Shown here one piece after another: positions 41,336-48,740 of a stretch of 64,000 bases of DNA. The notes beneath the pieces are model-generated. The model worked only from the letters and a program-made list of their open reading frames with translations. It was not told where the DNA came from and made no database searches. The translations under genes and the position numbers were made by a program. The stretch covers positions 96,001 through 160,000 of the forward strand of contig JBDRPD010000083.1 of the NCBI GenBank assembly GCA_043827405.1, written 5' to 3'. Position 1 is the first letter of the stretch. Each line of letters begins with the position of its first letter. The stretch is from Elusimicrobiota bacterium (GTDB lineage: Bacteria > Elusimicrobiota > Elusimicrobia > UBA1565).

Positions 41336-41773
41336 GTGAGCTATCGCATTAAACGAATCGATCCATTTTGGATTGCCCATCCGGGCGTTATCGCCGTGGC
41401 TGTCGTCGGAGTGGTCTTGGCGCTCATCGGGTACAGCAAAGGCAATATTGCGATTCAGATCGTCGGCGGCGTCCTTATGGGCGGCGGCGTGCTGATCGCG
41501 ACCAAGCATGCCGTATCGGCCGTGCTGGGGGCGCTGGGTTTGATCGGCGGAGTTTTGACCTTCGTCATTCTGCCGAACCCTGAGCTGGCGGCAACGCCGA
41601 TGGGCTGGCGTCTGGTGTCTACGTTGTTTTTCGCTCTGCTGTACATGGTCCTGATGGACGCGCTTATTCTTGTCGTCTGCGGGCTGTATAACTTTTTCGG
41701 CGGCACGCTGAATTTGAAGGTCCTCGAGTTGGATATCGAAGAGGACGAAGCGGCGGCGGTCGAAGGCGAGTAA
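41336..41773 (+). CDS. Four-TM hypothetical membrane protein
   Basis: Hydrophobic helices; 'YRIKRIDP' N-terminus and 'LYNFFGG' near the C-terminus; G-rich SD. Confidence 0.7.
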   Translation: MSYRIKRIDPFWIAHPGVIAVAVVGVVLALIGYSKGNIAIQIVGGVLMGGGVLIATKHAVSAVLGALGLIGGVLTFVILPNPELAATPMGWRLVSTLFFALLYMVLMDALILVVCGLYNFFGGTLNLKVLELDIEEDEAAAVEGE

Positions 41774-41783
41774 GGGGGCGGTC

Positions 41784-42584
41784 TTGAGAGTCAATATCTT
41801 CTGCGTCATGCGCGACCCTAACCGGGCCGGGGTACTCCTGGAGTCGCTGACGCGAAACGGCTATATGACGCATATCGCCCAGCGGGGCAAGGAGGCGCAC
41901 AGCCTTCTCGCGCAGCGCGGCTGCGACCTACTGATCATCGGCCAGCAGCTCGCCGACGGCGACGGGCTGACGCTGGTAAAATCCTTGCGCCAACGGGGGC
42001 CAACGCGACAGCTGGCTATCGTCGCTTTATTGGAACATCAGATGCCCGCCCCGCTGAGTGCGGGACGGGGGCGCTATCCCGGTTTCGGGACCGCCGCGGG
42101 ACAGATCCGGACCTCGGCGGCCGGGCAGGCCTCCGGCGCCGCGGTGGGTAAGCCGCCGGTCCGGCTGCAGTTCTTTCAGGCGGGCGCCGATGAGTGCCTG
42201 ACGCTGGATCAGGATCCGGCGGAGTGTCTGGCGCGTATCAAGGCGGTGCTGCACCGGACGATGTCGAAGCCGCAGGAAGAGATCCTGAAGATGGGGCCGA
42301 TCGAGCTTAATCTGACGAGCTACACGCTGCGCGTCGGCGGCAAGAACGTCCCCTTGACGTCAAAGGAGCTCGATCTGCTCTATGTATTTCTCAGTTCCCC
42401 GAACCGCGTGCTCAGCCGGCCGTACCTGATCGAGCGGGTCTGGGGATATAATTATTTCGGTTCGCCGCGTACGGTGGACGTGCACGTCCGCCGCCTGCGC
42501 GAGAAGCTCGGCAAGGCCGCCCGCTACATCACAACGGTGCCCTGCGTCGGCTACAAACTCATCCCGCCCGGGTCACTGGGATAG
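41784..42584 (+). CDS. OmpR/PhoB-family regulator with degenerate receiver
   Basis: Winged helix LTSKELDLL...VWG...RTVDVHVRRLREKL; receiver lacks the acidic pocket, phospho-Asp and Lys-Pro. Confidence 0.85.
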   Translation: MRVNIFCVMRDPNRAGVLLESLTRNGYMTHIAQRGKEAHSLLAQRGCDLLIIGQQLADGDGLTLVKSLRQRGPTRQLAIVALLEHQMPAPLSAGRGRYPGFGTAAGQIRTSAAGQASGAAVGKPPVRLQFFQAGADECLTLDQDPAECLARIKAVLHRTMSKPQEEILKMGPIELNLTSYTLRVGGKNVPLTSKELDLLYVFLSSPNRVLSRPYLIERVWGYNYFGSPRTVDVHVRRLREKLGKAARYITTVPCVGYKLIPPGSLG

Positions 42585-42596
42585 CACGGGGGTCCT

Positions 42597-42983
42597 ATGG
42601 CAGATCAAGCGATTAAACTGTTGGTCATCGACGACGACGCACACCTGCGCGAGAGTCTGGCGGAAGTCCTGGAGCTCGATGGTTTTGAATGCCTGCAGGC
42701 CGGCGCGGCAAAAGAAGGCATCGATTCGGCAAAAAAGAATAATCCCAAAGTCGTGATCATGGATATTCAGCTGCCGGATTCAAGCGGCTTCCAGATTTGC
42801 CAGGAGTTGCGCCGGTACTCGAAGGAGATGATCCTTATTATGATGACCGGGCGCTTCCTCTCGGCTGAGGAGAAGACCCAAGGGTTCGAGTTGGGCGCCG
42901 ATGAGTACCTTACCAAGCCCTTCGACCTGCAGGAGCTTTCCATCCGCATCCGACAGCTCCTGACCCGGAGCCGGTCAGGCTGA
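42597..42983 (+). CDS. Single-domain response regulator
   Basis: VIDDD, IMDIQLP, MMTG, GADEYLTKPF all intact. Confidence 0.92.
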   Translation: MADQAIKLLVIDDDAHLRESLAEVLELDGFECLQAGAAKEGIDSAKKNNPKVVIMDIQLPDSSGFQICQELRRYSKEMILIMMTGRFLSAEEKTQGFELGADEYLTKPFDLQELSIRIRQLLTRSRSG

Positions 42984-43009
42984 GCCGCGGCTTATTCCGG
43001 TACCGGGTT

Positions 43010-43072
43010 TTAACTTTTAACTTAATTTAATTTATTGGCAAAGAATATCGGTTAAATTAAGTTAAAAGTTAA
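43010..43072. repeat. Perfect 21-bp inverted repeat with 21-nt spacer
   Basis: TTAACTTTTAACTTAATTTAA (43010-43030) is the exact reverse complement of TTAAATTAAGTTAAAAGTTAA (43052-43072). Confidence 0.95.
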
Positions 43073-43087
43073 TAACCGGTGCCAACT

Positions 43088-45109
43088 ATGAGTACGCCGA
43101 CCCGCGGCAAACTCGCGTATAAGTTCCTGTTCTGGTTCCTGCTCATTTCCCTCGCGCCCATGGGGGTGGTGGGGTGGCATCTGGTCGACATTTCCCAGAA
43201 CGTCCTCAAGGATGAGTCCCTGCGCAACCAGGAGTCTCTGGCTATCGGCTTCGCCGATACCGCCAACAACTACATCACTACGTTCAAGAACGTGCTGGCG
43301 GTGGCTTCGCGGTTGGAAGGCTTTTCGGGTATGGACTCGGTCCATCAGGAACGCCATCTCAAGCGTGTCATGCAGCAGCATCCGGCGTTTTTGGAGCTCT
43401 CGGTTTTCGATAATGCGGGACAGGAGCTGGTGCGGCTGGGCCGCTTCATCCCCAGCAAGCCGGAGATGCGGAACTTCAATGATAGTCCGCCGTTCCGGCT
43501 GGCGCTCAAGCACGGCGAGTACACCGGCTCGCTGGTGCGGCTGCGGGGGCTTTACCCCACGCTGACCATCGCGGTGGCGATCGTCGACGCGGGAACCCAG
43601 GGCGCCGACCGCAAAGGCGTCCTGATCGGCAAGGTGAGCCTTAATGCCTTGACGCAAATGCTGCACCAGGAATTCCCCAAGGAGGGGCGCAGCCAGGCCG
43701 CCGTCGTCGCGCCGGAGGTCCAGGGGAGTTTTCTCGTCGCGCACTCCGACCCGAGCAAGGTCTTCCGCGTCGATGCGGCACTGCCCGATGAGATTCTCAA
43801 GGTCATCTTGACGCAGAGCGACAAGAAGGGCGGCGGCCGCATTGAGCTTAAAGACAAGACCAGCGTACTCGGCGCTTTTGCCGAGGTCAAGGGCGTTAAT
43901 TGGATCGTCTATGTTCAGCAGCCCATCGAGACGGCCTATTTGGCGGCCACCCAGATGCGCCGGCAGATCGCCAAGGTATTCGTGTGGGTGGTGGTGGTGA
44001 CGCTGCTGCTTTCTTTGGCCGTTGCCGGCCATATCACGCAGCCGATCCGGGCGCTGAAAAAAGCGGCCGATCAGATCACGACGGGCGACTTTGAAGACCT
44101 GCCCGAGATGACGATGACCAATGATGAGATCGGCGACCTGGCGCAATCTTTTCTGCAAATGAGCGATTCCCTCAAGGAGAAGACGGGTGAGCTGATGCAT
44201 GCGAAGGAGGAGCTGGAGAAGTTTACCCGGTTCCTGGAGAAGCGTGTCGAGGCGCGCACGCGTGAGCTTCGTGCGGCGCAGGATGAGCTCATTAAAAAGG
44301 AGCGGCTGGCGGCTATCGGACAGATGGCCTCGGTCGTCGGCCACGAGATTCGCAACCCGTTGGCCGTTATTAATAATTCGATTTTTTTCATTAAGGCCAA
44401 GCTGGCCAAAGAGGGGGAAAGCGATCCCAAGGTGGCGCGCCACATATCGATTATCCAGTCCGAGGTTAAGCAGGCCAACGGCATTATCGATGAGATCTTG
44501 ACCTACTCCCGCTCGCGCGAATTCAAGCCGGAGCGGGCATCGCTCAACGCTTTCCTCGAAGACTTGATATCGATCTACCCCTATCCGCCGCACGTCGAGG
44601 TGATCAAGCAGTTCGATCCGCGCAATCCCATGGTCCAGATCGACCCCGACGAACTGCGTCAGGCCTGCCGCAACCTGATCGGCAACGGCGTCGAAGTCAT
44701 GCCCAAGTCGGGCTACTCCAGTGTGAAGACCGAGATCGTCGATGAGAATTGGGTGCGGTTGGATATCGGGGATACGGGACCGGGTATTCCGCAGGACGTG
44801 CTGGATAAGATCTTTACCGCCTTCTTCACGACCAAGGCTCGCGGTACCGGACTCGGTCTTGCGGTTGTGCGCAAAGTCATCGACCGCCACCGCGGCAAGG
44901 TGGATGTGCGGACAGCCAAGGGGCAGGGGACGACATTCAGCGTCTTTCTGCCGCTGGACAAGACCCCCGAGGACGCGGCCGGCGCGCCGGCGGCTCCGGC
45001 GCAGGCGGCGCCGTTGTCGCCGCTGCCTCCCCCGCCCACCTCGCAGGATGCCAACCCTCCTCAGACGGCCATTCGTCCGGTCGATCCGAACATCGTCGGC
45101 AAAGGCTGA
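43088..45109 (+). CDS. Sensor histidine kinase (Cache-like periplasmic domain, HAMP, HisKA, HATPase)
   Basis: Two TMs; DEIGDLA; GHEIRNPL; NLIGNG; DTGPGI; FFTTKARGTGLGL; Pro-rich tail. Confidence 0.95.
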   Translation: MSTPTRGKLAYKFLFWFLLISLAPMGVVGWHLVDISQNVLKDESLRNQESLAIGFADTANNYITTFKNVLAVASRLEGFSGMDSVHQERHLKRVMQQHPAFLELSVFDNAGQELVRLGRFIPSKPEMRNFNDSPPFRLALKHGEYTGSLVRLRGLYPTLTIAVAIVDAGTQGADRKGVLIGKVSLNALTQMLHQEFPKEGRSQAAVVAPEVQGSFLVAHSDPSKVFRVDAALPDEILKVILTQSDKKGGGRIELKDKTSVLGAFAEVKGVNWIVYVQQPIETAYLAATQMRRQIAKVFVWVVVVTLLLSLAVAGHITQPIRALKKAADQITTGDFEDLPEMTMTNDEIGDLAQSFLQMSDSLKEKTGELMHAKEELEKFTRFLEKRVEARTRELRAAQDELIKKERLAAIGQMASVVGHEIRNPLAVINNSIFFIKAKLAKEGESDPKVARHISIIQSEVKQANGIIDEILTYSRSREFKPERASLNAFLEDLISIYPYPPHVEVIKQFDPRNPMVQIDPDELRQACRNLIGNGVEVMPKSGYSSVKTEIVDENWVRLDIGDTGPGIPQDVLDKIFTAFFTTKARGTGLGLAVVRKVIDRHRGKVDVRTAKGQGTTFSVFLPLDKTPEDAAGAPAAPAQAAPLSPLPPPPTSQDANPPQTAIRPVDPNIVGKG

Positions 45110-45171
45110 TAAGCCGTCCATCGTCAGCGCGCCGGGTCGAAATACCGTTGTTTTTTTGTACGATAGGCTCA

Positions 45172-46290
45172 ATGGCAGCCCATATCCTTGTTTGCGACGA
45201 TGATGCGAATCTGCGCGAAAGCATCCGCGACAACCTCGAGCTCGACGGCTACGAGGTCGTCGAGGCGGGCATGGGCGGCGACGCGGTCGCCGCCGTCACG
45301 AAGCAGTCCTTCGATGTTATACTGATGGACTATAATCTCCCCGATATGACGGGGATCGACGCCATTCACAAGATTCGGGAGATCAACACCGAGAGTCAGA
45401 TTCTTATGTTGACGGCCCATGCTTCTTTAGATACGGCGCTTAAGGCGATCCAGGAGGCGGTCTACGATTTCCTGGTTAAGCCCGTCGATTTCGACCACCT
45501 CAAGCGCGTCATCGCGAAGAGCGTGGATCGGCTGGCACTGCAGCAGGAAAACAGGCGCCTCGTCGATGATCTGCGGAAGGCCAACGAGCAGATGCTGTAT
45601 CTGTCCAATATGAAGTCGAAGTTCCTGTCGATGGCTTCCCATGATTTGTCCAATGTGTTAATGACGCTGCAGGTCTCCTTTGAGATGCTGTCGGGGTCGA
45701 TGACTCCCGACGGAGAGCAGAAAAAGCGCATGGGCTATATCTCCAACGGGCTCGCCCAGTTGGCGCGCCTGATTGAGGACCTTGTCGACTGGGCGTCGAT
45801 CGAGCAGGGCAAGTTCCGCCTTGAGCGTGAGCCCCATGCCCCCGGCAGCATCGTCACCGACGCGGTCGGCGCGATCTCGGCGCGTGCGGCGCAGCGCGGG
45901 GTCAATATCAGTCATGAGGTCGAGAAGGACCTGCCGAAAATCAATGTCGACAAGAGGCGCTTGTCGCAGGTTCTGGGCAATCTCCTGGAGAACGCCCTGC
46001 GTCATACGCAGAAAAAGGGATCGGTGCGGGTTTGTGTGGCCCGCAACAAGAGGGGACTGTTATTTAGCGTGCAGGACTCGGGCGAAGGCATCGAGCCCCA
46101 GGACCTGAAGAGGATTTTTGAGAGTTTTTATCAGTCCTCGGGGAAGGGATCGCAGGGCCGGTTGGGCTTGGGCCTGTCGATTTCTCGTGAGATCATCCAT
46201 AGCCATGGCGGGGAGATATGGGTGGAATCCAAAGGCCACGGCAAGGGCGCCTCGTTTTTGTTTACGATCCCTGAGGCCGCAAAGTCGTAG
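45172..46290 (+). CDS. Hybrid kinase: N-terminal receiver + HisKA + HATPase
   Basis: VCDDD, MDYNLP, LTAH, VKP; ASHDL H-box; NLLENAL, DSGEGI, GLGLSI. Confidence 0.93.
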   Translation: MAAHILVCDDDANLRESIRDNLELDGYEVVEAGMGGDAVAAVTKQSFDVILMDYNLPDMTGIDAIHKIREINTESQILMLTAHASLDTALKAIQEAVYDFLVKPVDFDHLKRVIAKSVDRLALQQENRRLVDDLRKANEQMLYLSNMKSKFLSMASHDLSNVLMTLQVSFEMLSGSMTPDGEQKKRMGYISNGLAQLARLIEDLVDWASIEQGKFRLEREPHAPGSIVTDAVGAISARAAQRGVNISHEVEKDLPKINVDKRRLSQVLGNLLENALRHTQKKGSVRVCVARNKRGLLFSVQDSGEGIEPQDLKRIFESFYQSSGKGSQGRLGLGLSISREIIHSHGGEIWVESKGHGKGASFLFTIPEAAKS

Positions 46291-46340
46291 CGATCAAGAC
46301 GTTGTCGGCGCATAGATTCACGAGCGTTCCAGGAGGGACG

Positions 46341-47042
46341 ATGGCTGCTGCAAAGGCAAAGGCAAAGATTAAAATTAAGGCGAAGAAGCTGACGGTGCTG
46401 ATCGCGGACGATCAAACGCTGTTTCGCGAGGGAATCAAGGATCTGCTGGAGAATGAAAAATCCATCACCGTCGTCGGGGAAGCTGCGGACGGGCTGGAGG
46501 CTGTCGCGCTCGCTAAAAAGCTCAAACCCAACGTCGTGCTGATGGATATCAAGCTGCCGAAGCTGGACGGCGTGTCCGCGACGCGGAAGGTGCGTGAGGA
46601 ATGTCCCGACACCAATGTCCTGATCTTGTCGTCTTATGAGGATGAGGCGCATGTCATGGAGTCGGTGCAGGCGGGCGCGAACGGCTATCTGTCCAAGATG
46701 CTCCCCGCCGCGGAGCTGGTCAACGCGCTAAAGACCTTCGCCAATGAGGGTTTGATGATCCCACAGCCTGTTATGGGCAAGCTGCTTGAGGGCCTGCGGT
46801 CCATGTCCTCTTCGACCGCGGAGGCGACTTTGGTGGCGCTGACCAAGACGGAGATCCGGGTGCTCGCGCTGCTGGGCAGGGGTAATGCCAATAAAGAGAT
46901 CGCGGCAGGTCTCGGCTGCAGCGTCAAGACCATCAAGAACCATCTTAACAGCATCTTTCAGAAGCTGGACGTGAGCAACCGGACCGAGGCCGTGGTCAAG
47001 GCCATCGAGATCGGCATGATATCGCCCGAGGACAGCGACTAG
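46341..47042 (+). CDS. NarL/LuxR-family response regulator
   Basis: SD AGGAGG; IADDQ, MDIKLP, GYLSK; LTKTEIRVL...NKEIA...TIKNH...KLDV. Confidence 0.95.
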   Translation: MAAAKAKAKIKIKAKKLTVLIADDQTLFREGIKDLLENEKSITVVGEAADGLEAVALAKKLKPNVVLMDIKLPKLDGVSATRKVREECPDTNVLILSSYEDEAHVMESVQAGANGYLSKMLPAAELVNALKTFANEGLMIPQPVMGKLLEGLRSMSSSTAEATLVALTKTEIRVLALLGRGNANKEIAAGLGCSVKTIKNHLNSIFQKLDVSNRTEAVVKAIEIGMISPEDSD

Positions 47043-47069
47043 GCTTCCCGCCGGACGATAAGGCGACAT

Positions 47070-47109
47070 GGCCCCGCTCCCCGGAAGGGGGAGCGGGGCC
47101 TTGCTTTTT
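47070..47109 (+). terminator. Intrinsic terminator after the two-component cluster
   Basis: 13-bp perfect stem GGCCCCGCTCCCC/GGGGAGCGGGGCC with 5-nt loop, then TTGCTTTTT. Confidence 0.85.
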
Positions 47110-47130
47110 CCGGATATTGAGTGCTAGAAT
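47101..47130 (+). promoter_or_regulatory. Sigma70-type promoter of a candidate sRNA
   Basis: TTGCTT, 18-nt spacer, TG-extended TAGAAT 47125-47130. Confidence 0.6.
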
Positions 47131-47136
47131 AATTTG

Positions 47137-47285
47137 CCGAGACGGCAGCCGGACCCTAAGTTCTTAAGTCTGGCACCGGCGAGCGAAAAGAGGGTAAAGA
47201 TTTTCGACAATCCCTAAAGACGAACTCCCTAAACGTCTAAAGTGCGGCACCGGAGCCCTCGTATCGCGGGCTCCGGTGTTATTTT
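47137..47285 (+). ncRNA. Candidate ~150-nt small RNA (family not recognised)
   Basis: Bounded by a promoter and a terminator-like stem; no ATG; 5' hairpins; three CCCTAA motifs. Confidence 0.45.
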
Positions 47286-47287
47286 AT
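47246..47287 (+). terminator. Intrinsic terminator
   Basis: GGCACCGGAGCCC/GGGCTCCGGTGTT stem followed by ATTTTAT. Confidence 0.75.
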
Positions 47288-47288
47288 G

Positions 47289-47377
47289 GCGGAATTTGGT
47301 CCCAAATCCGTAGGCCTAAAGGCCAACAAAAAATAGGACCAAGGGCCTATGTGGGCGATTTGGGGCTGGGTTATAAT
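47289..47377 (+). promoter_or_regulatory. Three phased palindromic boxes plus TATAAT
   Basis: Imperfect palindromes at 47289, 47311 and 47334 (about TAGGAC-N4-GTCCTA); TATAAT 47372-47377; GTG at 47384. Confidence 0.5.
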
Positions 47378-47383
47378 ACCGGG

Positions 47384-48610
47384 GTGAGACGTGCTCTCCT
47401 GATACTAGGTCTATCAGTATTGGCGGCGGGACCCCTGTATGCCGCGAATCCCACGATGGAGGATGATTTTACGTCCATCGTGGGCTGGTTGACCGCGCAG
47501 ACGGCGCAGGGCTTGGCGTTCAACTCCGGCTCGACCTTTGATCCGCCCAACGAGATGCGGGCTTGGCGTATTCAGCCGGACTTCAGTTTGGGCCTCGGCT
47601 TGATGCCGTTCGACAAGAACGCTTTCCCTCAGATGCAGGTCGAGGCCCTGGCAGAGAAGGGGCTGAAAGACGACATGCCCAGCAAGGTCCTGTTCCCTAA
47701 CTTGACGTTTCATTCCCGCATGGGGCTGCCCTGGCGTATGGATATGGGCATTCGGCTCGTTAATATGACGGTCCCCAAAAACTATCGCCTGTCGGAAACC
47801 ATGGTCGGCAACGGCCAGAGCAATACCATGGGCATCGGCTTGCGCAAGCACTTCTTCGGCCGCGGGATGCCGCTGCTGACGGTTTCGGGAGCGTATAACC
47901 GGGTATTCGGCTACTTCAATTTCAAAACCCGTTTCAATGATATGGAACTGGTGCCGAACGTATTAACGGCCAGCAGCAATGTGTTCGGTCAGATGGACTG
48001 GAACGTGACGAGCATCGGCGTCAATTTTGTCGTCAGCCAGGTGTACGGCAAGTGGACGCCGTTTATCGGCGCCGGCTACAATCGGATTTCGGGCATCGTG
48101 GACGGACGTATGGAGGCGGTCTGGGAGACGCCGCTGATCGCCACTACGGTCGGCCGGGCGAGCGGTCGCCCGGAGCCCCATAACACCCGCTTGCTTCTCG
48201 GCTTTCAACGCGACGGCTCGTTTTTTAGCCTATTCGTCAACGGCGAGCTCAAGACCAGCGGCGTGCATGCCGGCCGGTCCTATATCGTGTCTACCGGGCT
48301 GGCGGCGCCGTTTCGTATCGGGGCCAGAAGCAGCGTTGTGCGTTATGGGCGCAATAAGCCCAAGGGCTACGCGTCGCTTCCCGAGCCGTCGCGCTTTACG
48401 TCGAGCAGCCGGGCGCGCCGTAAGAAGAGCCGCGGGGACGACCGCGTCTCTCACCGCAAGAGCCGGCTGGAGCGGTACTGGAACTGGGGCCGCAACCGCG
48501 ATATGCGCAAAGCCAAGGCCGCGGCCGAGCAGGCGCCGAAGAAATCGAAGAGCGCCAAGCGCGCCAAGCGTGCTCGTCGAGAGCCTCCCGAGCTGATCTT
48601 CATCTACTAA
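47384..48610 (+). CDS. Exported protein, probable outer-membrane beta-barrel with Arg/Lys-rich C-terminal tail
   Basis: Signal peptide (LYA-A) from GTG 47384; alternating strands (WTPFIGAGYN); basic tail of about 85 aa. Confidence 0.6.
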   Translation: MRRALLILGLSVLAAGPLYAANPTMEDDFTSIVGWLTAQTAQGLAFNSGSTFDPPNEMRAWRIQPDFSLGLGLMPFDKNAFPQMQVEALAEKGLKDDMPSKVLFPNLTFHSRMGLPWRMDMGIRLVNMTVPKNYRLSETMVGNGQSNTMGIGLRKHFFGRGMPLLTVSGAYNRVFGYFNFKTRFNDMELVPNVLTASSNVFGQMDWNVTSIGVNFVVSQVYGKWTPFIGAGYNRISGIVDGRMEAVWETPLIATTVGRASGRPEPHNTRLLLGFQRDGSFFSLFVNGELKTSGVHAGRSYIVSTGLAAPFRIGARSSVVRYGRNKPKGYASLPEPSRFTSSSRARRKKSRGDDRVSHRKSRLERYWNWGRNRDMRKAKAAAEQAPKKSKSAKRAKRARREPPELIFIY

Positions 48611-48642
48611 ACTCCCAGTTGACGGCACGGTTCTGGGACGAT

Positions 48643-48673
48643 GGGCCCACCATATGGAGGGCCTTTTTCTTTT
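48643..48673 (+). terminator. Probable intrinsic terminator
   Basis: GGCCC-ACCA/TGGA-GGGCC imperfect stem followed by TTTTTCTTTT. Confidence 0.6.
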
Positions 48674-48740
48674 GCAAAAATCCCTAAAAGACCCATCCGC
48701 TCCCGAGGTTCTGCGGCTACCATCTATAGTAGGAGCACCT

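Noticed and set aside
43052..45172. 706-aa minus-strand ORF
   Set aside because: Mirrors the histidine kinase codon for codon; no independent protein features
47289..47350. Possible c-di-GMP-I riboswitch (GGCCTAAA-like segment)
   Set aside because: Lacks the GNRA P2 loop and GCAAA junction; better explained as DNA palindromes upstream of a -10
48612..48645. Hairpin TCCCAG...CTGGGA containing GACGGCAC, reminiscent of some 6S RNA 3' ends
   Set aside because: Too short, and the matching 5' strand and central bubble are absent; upstream sequence is coding
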